From: a virus
Taxonomy: Duplodnaviria > Caudoviricetes
DNA length: 35,075 nt
Virus record (IMG/VR): IMGVR_UViG_3300033814_000039
Span: 1-35,075 of that record
Strand: one strand, 5' to 3'
Shown: piece after piece, positions 1-9,247 of the stretch
Layout: each line of letters starts with the position of its first letter
Numbering within the stretch: position 1 is the stretch's first letter
Made by a program: the position numbers and the translations under genes
The notes under the pieces: model-generated
Told to the model about the DNA's origin: nothing
What the model saw: only the letters and a program-made list of their open reading frames with translations
Databases searched by the model: none

Positions 1-256
1 GTCCTCGGCTCGTCTGCCTCGATGTAGGTGTCGATGAGGTGCCGCATGTCGGCCTCGTAGGCCTTGAGGTCGAGGCTCTCGCCGCTTGCCTTGCGGATGA
101 TCTCGCGCACGTTCAGGTAGTGGGCGAGCTGCTGCTTGATACGGCTAACATCGGCCGCGCTGTAGCCAGCTGGCTCCAATTCGTCGGCGATATTGGCGTA
201 GGCCCGCACCAGGGCCACGGTCGCCTTGTAGAGCGTGGCCCGCTGCTGAGCGCGCG
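1..256 (-). pseudogene. hsdR: Host type I restriction enzyme R subunit, downstream (C-terminal-region) fragment, interrupted by the prophage end; continues off the window
   Basis: Manual minus-strand translation gives RAQQRATLYKATVALVRAYANIADELEPAGYSAADVSRIKQQLAHYLNVREIIRKASGESLDLKAYEADMRHLIDTYIEADEPR, which I recognise as HsdR C-terminal region (LDLKxYExDMRHLIDTYI). The resemblance stops abruptly at 256/257. It has no start codon of its own, so it is not in the ORF track. Confidence 0.8.
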
Positions 257-350
257 TGGGGGAAAAATGGGCAATTGTTGCGTGAACGTGTTTTTTGATT
301 CGGTGCTATTTCAGGTCAAAAAACAGGCTGATTTCGGCTGTGGATAAAGT
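257..350. repeat. Prophage terminal region: terminal TG, AT-rich, with a perfect 10-bp inverted repeat (candidate transposase-binding sites)
   Basis: TG at 257-258; TGTTTTTTGA (289-298) and TCAAAAAACA (316-325); sharp drop in GC relative to both flanks. Confidence 0.65.
339..347 (-). promoter_or_regulatory. Consensus DnaA box (TTATCCACA)
   Basis: Plus strand TGTGGATAA at 339-347 is the exact reverse complement of TTATCCACA. Single copy; function not shown. Confidence 0.35.
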
Positions 351-352
351 CC

Positions 353-378
353 CGGCGAGGGGTCCTTTTCGCTCGCCG
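353..378 (-). terminator. Possible weak hairpin/terminator after the last late gene
   Basis: CGGCGAG (353-359) and CTCGCCG (372-378) form an inverted repeat just after the stop at 387; only a short U tract follows. Confidence 0.25.
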
Positions 379-386
379 ACTGGTCC

Positions 387-710
387 TCACCCGATCCACT
401 CGTCCGGGATAAACTCGCTGACGTCGATGGGCACCCGATCCCGCTCCAGCGCCGGGCTCCCGAGCGCCTGCCAGAGCTGGAGCTTCTGCCGCCGCTCGAC
501 GGCCGCCTGGCAGTCCGGATCCCCGCAGAACCAGGCGTCAGGGACGTCCTGGGGGAACTCGTAGTGATTGCCCTCGTTGACCGTCCCATCGCTCCGGCAC
601 TTGACCGTGTAGCCCGGCTTCGATGGGTGCGGCGTCAAGTCTGCCGGGACCCGGCTCTTGATCAGCTCCTGGTCCGACGCCATCCTGGCCGTGCGCTCAC
701 CTTTCGCCAT
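387..710 (-). CDS. Hypothetical protein (107 aa), last late gene; possible fibre-associated protein
   Basis: Coupled to the fibre gene stop (TAATG); contains CGDPDC. Confidence 0.65.
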   Translation of the reverse strand: MAKGERTARMASDQELIKSRVPADLTPHPSKPGYTVKCRSDGTVNEGNHYEFPQDVPDAWFCGDPDCQAAVERRQKLQLWQALGSPALERDRVPIDVSEFIPDEWIG

Positions 711-2014
711 TAGGGAAGCACCTCGTCAAGGGTCTGGCCCGCCGCCCCCGCGCCGCCGGCCGCGGCCGCGCCGGACGCGGTCCCACCCGTCCCGCCCGTC
801 ACCGTCGCCGTAAAGGTTCCCGCGAGGGTTCGTCGCCTCAGCACAAAACACCCGCCGCCGCCGCCCCCGCCGCCACCCGTTCCGCCAGCGCCCGAGGCTC
901 CGTTCGATCCCGTGGCGGTGAAGGAATACCCGGCCGTGAGCGTCACGCCGGGCGCCTCAATGCACAACACCCCGCCGCCGGCTCCGCCTGCCCCGCCGCC
1001 GGCGGCCCCACCCCCGCCGCCGCCTCCAGGGCCAAAGAGCCCGGCCGCGAAGCCCAGGTCGGAGAGAAAGGCGCAACTGCCTCCGGCGCCGCCCGCAGAC
1101 GCCGTCGTCCCATCCCAGGTTCCACCGTTTCCTCCGGCGAGCCCTGACCCGTCGGCGCCGTTGGGGGGGGGGCCATTCGCGCCGCCTCCTCCACCGGCTG
1201 AGATGATTCCGCCGCCTCCCGTCGCGGCCGCCGCGCCGCCAGCTCCCCCTTTCGCATTGAGGTTTACCGTGCCGTTCGCGGTGGCGGTGAAGGAGCCCGT
1301 GCATTTGATGTGAAGGGCTCGGCCGATGTCGTGGGTCAGGGTCGTGGCCGATCCCCCGCCGATCTGGTAGGTGGTGAAGTTGAGGACCCCGTTCCGAACG
1401 ACGGTCCCGCCGCCCCCATCCGTGACGGCCCCGCCGCTCCCGGTCCCGAAGATCCCCCCCGCCGCCTTCTTGATCGTGACCCCGTAGAGGAGCGCCTTGA
1501 AGGTGCCCGCGGCTGCAGCGGTCAGAGACTCCCCACACGTCCCGTCCGGCGGCCCCCCGCTGTCGTTCGCGGCGACCCCCGTGTCCTCAAACACTTTGGT
1601 CGTCGCCGACTTCCGAATGAACTGACCCCTGGCGATCGTGCCCGTGGACTTGGCGGTCGCTTCCCCCGCTCGGGCGAACGGACCGCGGGCGGTGTTGGCG
1701 ATCGTCCCCAGCGCAACGACGAACCGTTTGAGCGAGGCGGAGACGTCGTCCAGCGCGACGGCCTCGTCATTGGCTGCGGAGATCGCCACGACATCCCCGG
1801 CAACCAGGCCTCCCCCGGTCTGGTTGATGAGGCTGATGGGGTCACAGCCGACGAACTCCCAGCCGTCCGTGATGGCGGAGTTCCGCATCGGCTTGTCGCC
1901 GTCGTTGCCCTCCGACATCACCATCGAGTCGTTCTGGTTCGACGGACGGACGAGCAGCGCGTCGCCGCCATCGGCTTTGCCGCTCTGGAACCGATTTTTG
2001 ATCTTGCCAGCCAT
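710..2014 (-). CDS. Putative tail fibre / receptor-binding protein (434 aa) with glycine-rich C-terminal domain
   Basis: Lies after the tail tip genes. N-terminal FxSxKADGxDxxLVxPSNxN motif, middle segment resembling DUF2190/beta-tulip (NQTGGGLVAGDVV...GTIARGQFI), and polyglycine blocks starting at GIFGTGSGG. Confidence 0.7.
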   Translation of the reverse strand: MAGKIKNRFQSGKADGGDALLVRPSNQNDSMVMSEGNDGDKPMRNSAITDGWEFVGCDPISLINQTGGGLVAGDVVAISAANDEAVALDDVSASLKRFVVALGTIANTARGPFARAGEATAKSTGTIARGQFIRKSATTKVFEDTGVAANDSGGPPDGTCGESLTAAAAGTFKALLYGVTIKKAAGGIFGTGSGGAVTDGGGGTVVRNGVLNFTTYQIGGGSATTLTHDIGRALHIKCTGSFTATANGTVNLNAKGGAGGAAAATGGGGIISAGGGGGANGPPPNGADGSGLAGGNGGTWDGTTASAGGAGGSCAFLSDLGFAAGLFGPGGGGGGGAAGGGAGGAGGGVLCIEAPGVTLTAGYSFTATGSNGASGAGGTGGGGGGGGGCFVLRRRTLAGTFTATVTGGTGGTASGAAAAGGAGAAGQTLDEVLP

Positions 2015-2493
2015 TAGAGCGGAACCTCTTCCCCATGCACGCCGGCGTGACTGATCGGCGTCAGGCTCACGGCACGCAGGTCGCCCAGGTCCACGGAGAA
2101 CCGCCCGAAGCGATCCCCATGCAGGAGAAACTCGCGCTCCTGTCCGTCCGGCTGGCGGGCCCGGAGGAGATACTTCTGGTCAGGCTCTGCGGCCTGCCCG
2201 CGTACCACGCGCCCGTCGAGCTCCACCTGCTTGACGATCGGCCCCCAGGGGCGCTCCATCTCGAACTCCCAACCTTCCAGCCACGCCGCCCACTGGCGCG
2301 TCCGACGCTCTCGGCCCTCATGGTCAACCTGCCCCAGGGCGCCCAGGAGCGCCCGCTGCACGCGCGCCCGGAGTTCGTCTCGACGCTCCCCGGACCTGGT
2401 TTCAACCTCTGCCATGACAGACGTCCCCTCGAAGTCAGCGGTGATCTCTAGCCGGTACCCCTTGGCCTGACAACGCCTCACCCGGACGATCAC
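2014..2493 (-). CDS. Hypothetical protein (159 aa) in the tail module
   Basis: GTGA and TAATG overlaps with both neighbours. Confidence 0.7.
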   Translation of the reverse strand: MIVRVRRCQAKGYRLEITADFEGTSVMAEVETRSGERRDELRARVQRALLGALGQVDHEGRERRTRQWAAWLEGWEFEMERPWGPIVKQVELDGRVVRGQAAEPDQKYLLRARQPDGQEREFLLHGDRFGRFSVDLGDLRAVSLTPISHAGVHGEEVPL

Positions 2494-5400
2494 AGCGGCA
2501 CCTGGAGCATGGTCGCCTCTTCCGTCACCCCGGTTGGGTCCACGGGGTCAAGCCGGAGCTGGGTGACTTTGGCCGTTGTGGCGAGGGCGGCGTAGATCTG
2601 GTTGTTCCCCCGATCCATCGCCCCCCAGGCGAACCGAACGGCCGTGGGGAGGGCAAAGAACAAGACGAGCGGGACCACGAGGACAGCGGCCTTCGTCATC
2701 CGCCCGTAGGAGAGCGTGAGCCCCGTGCCGAAGTAGGAATAGGCCAGGACGTGGACGGCGTCGAAGGTATCCACGAGGACGGCCGCAGGCGAGACGAGCG
2801 AGGAGCCCGGGGCCGGCGAGAAGGGCACTGAGACCGCGATCAGGACCGTGCCGGCGTTGTTGACCTTGACGTACTTCATCGTGTCGCTCGTGGCGATCTG
2901 GAAGGCGTCATTCTGGAAGGCGTCCGCCTGGAAGGCCAGGGCTGACTGGAGCTGCCAGAGGATGTGCGAGTTCCCCTCCGAGTCCGTCCCGATCCGAACC
3001 TCCTGGCCCTGCTGAGGGAAGTTGGCGCCGGTGATGTCCACTGGGGAGACTTCCACGGTGCCCGTGAGCGAGGTCCGGGCGAACATGACCCGGCATTCCG
3101 TGAACGGGCTCCCGACGTTCTTCAGAATGGCCCAGTAGATCGAGCTGCCCTGCCGGGACATGACGGCGCGGACGTAGCTGTCGTTGGCTCCCGGGGTGAA
3201 CTTATCCGCCAGGGCCGTCACGACTCCGCCGTCCTTATCCAGCCGTCCCCACCGGACGACCCCGCTGAGGATGGTGGCCACCTGGACGTTGGTCCCGTCG
3301 AACTCGGTCGCCACGAACGTCTCCCCGGAGAACTTGAGTCCGAGCGCCGTCGCTAAGAATCCCTGCGCGGTCGTCTCGCCGAAGTGGAGATCCCCGCTCT
3401 GGCGGATCAGCCAGTCGATCTCCCGGTCCGTCGTGTCCACCGCCATCGAGAGGGTCCCCACGCTATCCACGAACGTCCCCGTGAAGGGATCGGCCTCAAG
3501 CGTGAGCTTGTAGCCGATCTTGCCCGAGGTGGTAATCGTGAGGCCGCTGGTATCCCCGGCGTGAAACGCGGACTGGTTCCCGCTGAAGTCGATCGCACGG
3601 AGCCAGTAGTAATACGTCGTCGCCTGGAGGAGCCCTTCGTCGAAGAACGTCGTCCCCCGGCTCTCCCCCACCTTGGTCGAGGGGCCGCGGTCATTGGCCG
3701 TATGCCGCCAGATCTCCACCCGGTCGAAGTCATCGGCCGTCGGATTCGTCCAGCGGATCAGCGAGCTCTCGGACCCCCCGGCCCCGGTCACGCTGGTCGG
3801 GGTGCCGGGCGCCGCCACGTCCTGCGCGGTGACGATCGTGACGATCGTGCTGAAGGCGGACGGGTTCCCCGAGATGTCAACCGCCCGAATCTTGGCCTCA
3901 TAGGTGATGTTGCCGATGACGCCGACTTCCCGGTTCGCCTGCGTCCCCTTCCGGATGAACCGGGTCGTGAAATTAGTGTCCCCCTGCCGGCGGAACTGGA
4001 GCTCGTAGTAATCGAGATCCACCTCCGCGTTGGCATTCCAGGAGGCGTCGAGGAAGACCTGCACCGTGCCGTCCGGCGCGATCACCGTTCCGGTCGCCAG
4101 CCCGAGCCCCGTGGGGAACGCCGGGGCCGTCGTGTCGGTGATCTCGAAGCCCGGCTGGGTGACCGCTCCGCCGGACGTCGGGGCCGACTGGGCGGGAATA
4201 TCGTTGATCCAGAGGAGCTGAATCCGCACCCGCCCCTCGCCGAAACTGAAGTTGATGATCTGGAAGAGCTCGCTCGTCAACCCCCGAAGGCCCGTCCGTG
4301 GGTTCGGGATTCCTGAGTGGGTGACCGTGATGTTGTCGCCAGCCTCCAGGACGTGCTTGGAATAGAAGACATCCAGCGTCAGCGTCAACGGCGGCTCCGC
4401 GAACCGCTTCACCACCTCAAACGCCCGATTGTCCAGGATCGCCTGGCCGCCGCTGGCCGTGCGGATGCCCTTGGCGGAGACCCCCAGGGGCGGCCGACGG
4501 CCGTACTTGTCGATCGAGCTTCGACCGGTCGGGAGATCGGCCGTGTAGATCTGGGTTTTGCTGTAGACGCCGCGCGCCCCCTCAAGATCCCAGTCGTACT
4601 CGACCTCGACCACGTTGATCATCTCCTGGTCCCCCATGGCCCAGGACCACCCGATGATGGAGGCCTCGTCCAAGGTCATCACGGAGGCTCCGGTCTGCTT
4701 GTACCGCTTGGCCGAATACCGGCCATCCTGCTTCACCACGGGGTAGACGTTGAGGGTCTTCCACAGCTGCTCCTCGATAAAGGTCTTTCCGTCCTCGCGG
4801 TCCGTCAAGGAGAAGACGTAGGTATCCGACGGAAACTCCGCCGCCCGGAGCGCCTCCAGGCCGGCCGTGTCCACGAGCGCCTGCGGGACGCCCAGGCCGT
4901 TGACCGCCGGGAGCACGTCATAGGCCCCATTATTGGCGAGCCCCGTGGAGGTGAGGATCTGGAGCGCCAGGGTGATCGGGTTCCCGCTGAGTATGACCGG
5001 CGCGTCCACGCTCGCCGCCAGGAAGATCGTGCGGCGGAGGCTCCGCTGGATGTCCGAGCACTGCACTTCATAGGTCACCCCGTCCTGGCCCGGCATGGCG
5101 CGGCGGGTGACCTCGCGCTTCACGTCCGCCATGTAGTCGGCCTCGGCGATCGGCGCGTAGCCGAAAAAGAGCTGCACGCGCTGGCCGGGGCGGATCTGTT
5201 CCCCGTTCGTCACGGCGTCCCCGATGGCGTGAGAGGCGGCCACCGTCCCGTCCACGCCCCGCGTGATGCCCGTCACCTGGTCGCCGGCCGTGTTGACCCC
5301 CGTGTAGCGGATGCGCTCGACGACCCCACCCGTCACGATCTCGATGGTCCCCTTGGCGGGGAGGCCTCCGGGGTCTTGCCCCAGGTTAACGCTCCCCCCG

Positions 5401-5741
5401 TTGGCCGGGCTCGAGGGCGTCATCGTCGAGCCGACCGTCAGCGCCGGGGCGGCGAGGTACTTCAGAAACTCCCCCGACATATCCTGGAAGCGGAGCGGGA
5501 TAATGCCGATGGAGGACCGCCCGTTCTCGTGCTCGATCGTCTGCGTGTGACCGCTCGGGAAGAAGAGCATCGCCTTCTTCGTCGAGGTCGGCGACGCGAC
5601 GGCATCCGTGGAGAAGTCCACGCTGAAGGCGTAGTCCGTGCCGTCCCCGTACTTCTTGACGTGATAGAAGCGCGCGAAGGCGACCGGCTGGGTCTGGAGC
5701 TTGACCCGCTCGATTTCATACGCGGCCGTGGTGGTCTTCAC
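2490..5741 (-). CDS. Tail tip / central hub-fibre protein (1083 aa) with two fibronectin type III domains
   Basis: Second gene after the tape measure. FN3 signatures (DTTAPAFPTGL...ASWNAN...YEAKIRAVDISGNPSAFS; APGTPTSV...IRWTNP...YYYWLRAIDFSGNQSAF), an ExIxY...TRGxxGTxAxxHxxG insertion, and a beta-rich C-terminal domain. Confidence 0.8.
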   Translation of the reverse strand: MKTTTAAYEIERVKLQTQPVAFARFYHVKKYGDGTDYAFSVDFSTDAVASPTSTKKAMLFFPSGHTQTIEHENGRSSIGIIPLRFQDMSGEFLKYLAAPALTVGSTMTPSSPANGGSVNLGQDPGGLPAKGTIEIVTGGVVERIRYTGVNTAGDQVTGITRGVDGTVAASHAIGDAVTNGEQIRPGQRVQLFFGYAPIAEADYMADVKREVTRRAMPGQDGVTYEVQCSDIQRSLRRTIFLAASVDAPVILSGNPITLALQILTSTGLANNGAYDVLPAVNGLGVPQALVDTAGLEALRAAEFPSDTYVFSLTDREDGKTFIEEQLWKTLNVYPVVKQDGRYSAKRYKQTGASVMTLDEASIIGWSWAMGDQEMINVVEVEYDWDLEGARGVYSKTQIYTADLPTGRSSIDKYGRRPPLGVSAKGIRTASGGQAILDNRAFEVVKRFAEPPLTLTLDVFYSKHVLEAGDNITVTHSGIPNPRTGLRGLTSELFQIINFSFGEGRVRIQLLWINDIPAQSAPTSGGAVTQPGFEITDTTAPAFPTGLGLATGTVIAPDGTVQVFLDASWNANAEVDLDYYELQFRRQGDTNFTTRFIRKGTQANREVGVIGNITYEAKIRAVDISGNPSAFSTIVTIVTAQDVAAPGTPTSVTGAGGSESSLIRWTNPTADDFDRVEIWRHTANDRGPSTKVGESRGTTFFDEGLLQATTYYYWLRAIDFSGNQSAFHAGDTSGLTITTSGKIGYKLTLEADPFTGTFVDSVGTLSMAVDTTDREIDWLIRQSGDLHFGETTAQGFLATALGLKFSGETFVATEFDGTNVQVATILSGVVRWGRLDKDGGVVTALADKFTPGANDSYVRAVMSRQGSSIYWAILKNVGSPFTECRVMFARTSLTGTVEVSPVDITGANFPQQGQEVRIGTDSEGNSHILWQLQSALAFQADAFQNDAFQIATSDTMKYVKVNNAGTVLIAVSVPFSPAPGSSLVSPAAVLVDTFDAVHVLAYSYFGTGLTLSYGRMTKAAVLVVPLVLFFALPTAVRFAWGAMDRGNNQIYAALATTAKVTQLRLDPVDPTGVTEEATMLQVPL

Positions 5742-5743
5742 GG

Positions 5744-6496
5744 CTAGAGGCCCTGCCGGAAGAGGAGCTGGAGCGCGTAGAGGTTTCTGACAAGGACGGA
5801 CCGCCCGGGCTGGAAGGGGTCCAGGACCAGCTCAGCCTTCGTGAAGGTGCGGTTATAGACGTCCGTCTCCCAGCTCCCCGGCCACGGCACGGCGGCGACG
5901 AGGGAGCCGTCCGCCACGTTGTCCGTCAGAATCGTCGTCGTGTTGTCGCTGATCGTCCCGACGAGCTTGTGGCTCCCGGTGTCTCCTGCGACCGTCCGGT
6001 AGATCTTTCGCGCCGTCGTTCCGGTCGGACCGATCGCAATGGACGTCAGGTTGACCTGCTTCGCTGAGGACGAGATCGTCAGGACGTTCGACTTGGGGCC
6101 CGCCCGGTGCTCCACACTCCCGGCCACGAAGGTCACCACCCAGGAGTGGTCCCCGATGTTGACGTTGCCGCCCGCCCCGGCGGCCGCCACGCAGGGGGAG
6201 GGAGTCTGCCGATCCAGGACGAGCGTGGATTGCCGGCCGAGCCCGGCGTGGGTATTCCACCACGACCGCACACTCGTCAGCATCGCCACTTCGAGATGGC
6301 GGAAGCGGAGCGCGGCTCGGCTCTCGATCCGTCGATGCAGCCGCTCGCGCGTCCCGTTATCCGAGATGTTTTCGGTCCCGATGGGCAATTCCACGGGTCC
6401 GACGAGCTCCGCTGGATCGTCAAAGCGGATGGTGAAGCCGCCTCCCACGATCTCCGGGTAGAAGAAGGTCGGCTTCGGGTCGCCGGAGAGGGGCAT
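5744..6496 (-). CDS. Putative distal tail (Dit-like) protein with an inserted Ig-like domain (250 aa)
   Basis: Immediately after the tape measure. The internal segment VVTFV...IAIGPTGTTARKIYRT...TISDNTTTILTDNVAD resembles a common phage Ig-like module. Confidence 0.6.
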   Translation of the reverse strand: MPLSGDPKPTFFYPEIVGGGFTIRFDDPAELVGPVELPIGTENISDNGTRERLHRRIESRAALRFRHLEVAMLTSVRSWWNTHAGLGRQSTLVLDRQTPSPCVAAAGAGGNVNIGDHSWVVTFVAGSVEHRAGPKSNVLTISSSAKQVNLTSIAIGPTGTTARKIYRTVAGDTGSHKLVGTISDNTTTILTDNVADGSLVAAVPWPGSWETDVYNRTFTKAELVLDPFQPGRSVLVRNLYALQLLFRQGL

Positions 6497-6499
6497 GGG

Positions 6500-9247
6500 T
6501 TAGGTCACGCTCCCGACCGTGATCGGCAGGCGCGCTTCTGGGTCCACCCGGATCAGCCGCAGGTCATGGTCCACGTCCAGGCGGACCAGCTCCTTCAGGA
6601 AGGCGATCTTGGTCTCGTCGCTCATCCCGACCAGGCTCTCTTCGAAGACCATGAGGTCCTTGCCGGCGGGGAGCGCTTGGAGCGGCGTGGCTCGTTGGAT
6701 CGTGGTCCGAGTGACACCCTCGGGGGCGAGGAGGTCCTGGAAGGCCACCATCGCGCCGCCCGCCTCGCCCTGGAGTTGCTTGATCTTGTCCCGGAGCTGC
6801 TGGGTGAGGTCCGCCCGCGTGCTCGTGGCCCCGGTCTGCCCGACGGCCACCTCAATCTTCTCGGCCACCTCCGGATCCAGCACGTCCGCGACCGTCCACC
6901 GGAACGGCAGGGGGTCGTCGAAATCCCCGATCCACATCCCGCCCTTGGTGGAATGCTCCCGAACGAAGACCTGGACCTCTCCGTGGGGTCCCCAGTCGGT
7001 GTTGAGAATCTCGACCATGCGTTCCAGGCTGGCCGCCCCGCTGATGGCGTTGGAGAGGGCCTGGGCTCCCGCCTCTCCGGCCGCGGCGCTCCGGGATGCC
7101 GCGCTGGGCTTCTTGCCGCCCTTGCTTTTCCCGAAGAAGGACGCGCCGCCGCCGAGAATGCCGCCGACGATGGCCCCCACCGCTGTCCCGATCCCAGGAA
7201 TGACGCTGCCAATCATGGCGCCGGAGAGCGCCCCGCTGGCCGTGTTCGAGATGACGCCCAGGGGGGTCGGCGGGCCGCCGGTCACGGCATTGAAGATCGT
7301 CAGGCCCAGGCCAGCGAAGCCCGCCGCGACGCTGAGGGCAGTCCCGAGGCTGATTGATCCCGTCCCGATAAGGCTTGCCCCCCGGAAGGCTTCCTCGGCC
7401 CCGATGAGGCCGGTCTGCACACCAGAGCCCAGGAAGAGGGGCGTCGCCATGGCCGACGTCAAGAAGCCGGGCTGGGGGAGGAAGGAGAGCGGAACCGGCG
7501 GGACCGAAAAGCCCAGCCCCGTCCCCGACGCCGGCGGGGCCAAGAGCTGCCCGGTGCCCGCTTGAAGGGATGAGAAGGTGGTCCCCGCCGCGACCTGGAC
7601 GCCCTGAGCCTGCAAGGCCGCAGCCTGTGAGAGGGCGACGGGGACTATCCCGCTCGCGATTCCGGCGCCGGGCAGCGCGCCAAACGGCAGCATCGCCCCG
7701 AATCCTTGAAAGAGCTGTGAAGTCGCGAACCGACCGAAGAGGTCGGTCAACTGCCGGATGGTGGACATCGCGAGCTGCTGCGGCACCTCCACCAGGGCTC
7801 GTTTCCACCCGCGCTCAATGGGGACGAACAGGAGGTCCGAAAAATAGCGCTGAGAGTTGCTCGCGAAACCGCGGATGACCTCCTGCCCGGCTTGCCCCCA
7901 ATTCTCGAGCTCCTCCTGCGTGTCGCGGAGGCCGCGGCGCATCCCCGCCCCGAAGTCCGTCCGCTCCAGCTCCCGGCGGAGGACGGACTGGGATCGGATG
8001 GTCGCTTCCAGGGTCGCCAGCGCCTCCCGGCCTTCATGGCCCTGGGCGGCCTGGACCTTCACGAGCCGTTCGCCTTCGATGACCTGGAGCTCCATGGCGA
8101 CCCGTTGCGTGGCCGTCAAGCCCTCCTGTTCCAGCAGGAGCGCGACGCGGTCTCGGGCGAGCGCGACCTCCCGCTGATCGGCGCTGAGGACAGCCTGCCG
8201 CCCCCGCTCGATCTCCGCCGGCGTCGGCGGCCGCTCGAAGCGTTCGACCTCGGAGAGATCCGCCGCCGGCGGGAGCCGGCGCTCGCGGAGCTGCAGGATC
8301 CGCTGCCGCACACTCTCCATCAGGGCCTCAAATCGCGCCCCGGCCTTCAGAGAGAGCGTCTCGATGTCTTTATCCAGCTCCTCGAAGATCACCTTGATCT
8401 CTTCGCCGGGGGCCCCACGGGCCACGGCCGCGGCGCGTTTCTGTTCCGCCTGTTTGCGAAGCCGCGTCTCCTCCGCGGCCGCCTCGTTTGACATGGACTG
8501 CGCGATCCGGAGCCGGAGCTCGAGCACCTTGGCTTCGTCCGCCTCGAGGTCCGCCTGCTCCATCAGGACCTGCAGGAGCCCCTGGCGCGCCTGCTGCTCG
8601 CTCATGACCGCGGCGGCCATCCGGAGTTGTCGCTCCACCGGGAGGACCTTCACGAGCGCCTCGCCCGTCTCGCCGAGCTGCTTCTGCAGCCGCTCGGCCT
8701 CCGTCTGGGAATGCCCCCCAAAGATCCGGTCCATGATGCTCGTGAGAACCTCTCCGACCTTCCTGAGCTTGTTGACCGGGCTCTCCACATTCAGCCGCTC
8801 GAGCTGCTCGGAGAGCCCCTGCATCTGGGACCGCAGGCCTTGCGTATCCAGGCCGCGCACGGCCAGATTGACCTTCGCCTGGACGTCGGCGAACTGCTCA
8901 GCCCGTTGGATATAGATGGAGACCGCCGTCGCGGCGGCAGCCAGGCCCACCGCGGCCACCGACCAGGCGAGCGGCAAGCTGCGCGTCGCGCTCGCGGCGG
9001 CCGATGTGGCCACGACCATCTGGCCCAGCGCCGGGTTCAGTTCCTGAAGGAGCCCCACGCTGAGCACCCGCATCGTCCGGGTCGATTGGGCGAGGTTCGT
9101 ATCGACCTTCGCGACTTCCTGCGACGTGGGCCCCAGCTGCCCGCGGAGCTGCGCCGTGGCCCGGCTGATGGTCTCCATGCCCTTGGCCAGCTGGGCCGAC
9201 GCCTCATCGTGGGCCTGCAGGATGAGCGCGATCGTGTTCTCACTCAT
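6500..9247 (-). CDS. Tail tape measure protein (915 aa)
   Basis: N-terminal IALILQAHDEASAQL, long Ala/Glu/Arg/Gln-rich helical region, hydrophobic Gly-zipper segment (GAMIGSVIPGIGTAVGAIVGGILGG); lies after the tube and chaperone genes. Confidence 0.85.
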   Translation of the reverse strand: MSENTIALILQAHDEASAQLAKGMETISRATAQLRGQLGPTSQEVAKVDTNLAQSTRTMRVLSVGLLQELNPALGQMVVATSAAASATRSLPLAWSVAAVGLAAAATAVSIYIQRAEQFADVQAKVNLAVRGLDTQGLRSQMQGLSEQLERLNVESPVNKLRKVGEVLTSIMDRIFGGHSQTEAERLQKQLGETGEALVKVLPVERQLRMAAAVMSEQQARQGLLQVLMEQADLEADEAKVLELRLRIAQSMSNEAAAEETRLRKQAEQKRAAAVARGAPGEEIKVIFEELDKDIETLSLKAGARFEALMESVRQRILQLRERRLPPAADLSEVERFERPPTPAEIERGRQAVLSADQREVALARDRVALLLEQEGLTATQRVAMELQVIEGERLVKVQAAQGHEGREALATLEATIRSQSVLRRELERTDFGAGMRRGLRDTQEELENWGQAGQEVIRGFASNSQRYFSDLLFVPIERGWKRALVEVPQQLAMSTIRQLTDLFGRFATSQLFQGFGAMLPFGALPGAGIASGIVPVALSQAAALQAQGVQVAAGTTFSSLQAGTGQLLAPPASGTGLGFSVPPVPLSFLPQPGFLTSAMATPLFLGSGVQTGLIGAEEAFRGASLIGTGSISLGTALSVAAGFAGLGLTIFNAVTGGPPTPLGVISNTASGALSGAMIGSVIPGIGTAVGAIVGGILGGGASFFGKSKGGKKPSAASRSAAAGEAGAQALSNAISGAASLERMVEILNTDWGPHGEVQVFVREHSTKGGMWIGDFDDPLPFRWTVADVLDPEVAEKIEVAVGQTGATSTRADLTQQLRDKIKQLQGEAGGAMVAFQDLLAPEGVTRTTIQRATPLQALPAGKDLMVFEESLVGMSDETKIAFLKELVRLDVDHDLRLIRVDPEARLPITVGSVT

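Noticed and set aside
276-280. Alternative prophage end at TGTTG (276)
   Set aside because: Bases 257-275 do not continue the HsdR-like frame (they read CPFFP), so the junction fits 256/257 better. This is not fully excluded without the other end.
39-589. ORF-track calls 39-347, 295-564 and 311-589
   Set aside because: They cross the host/prophage junction or the non-coding end region, or overlap the better-supported 387-710 gene.
387-5741. Diversity-generating retroelement or invertible tail-fibre segment
   Set aside because: No reverse transcriptase, no recombinase, and no template/variable repeat pair or flanking inverted repeats seen by eye.
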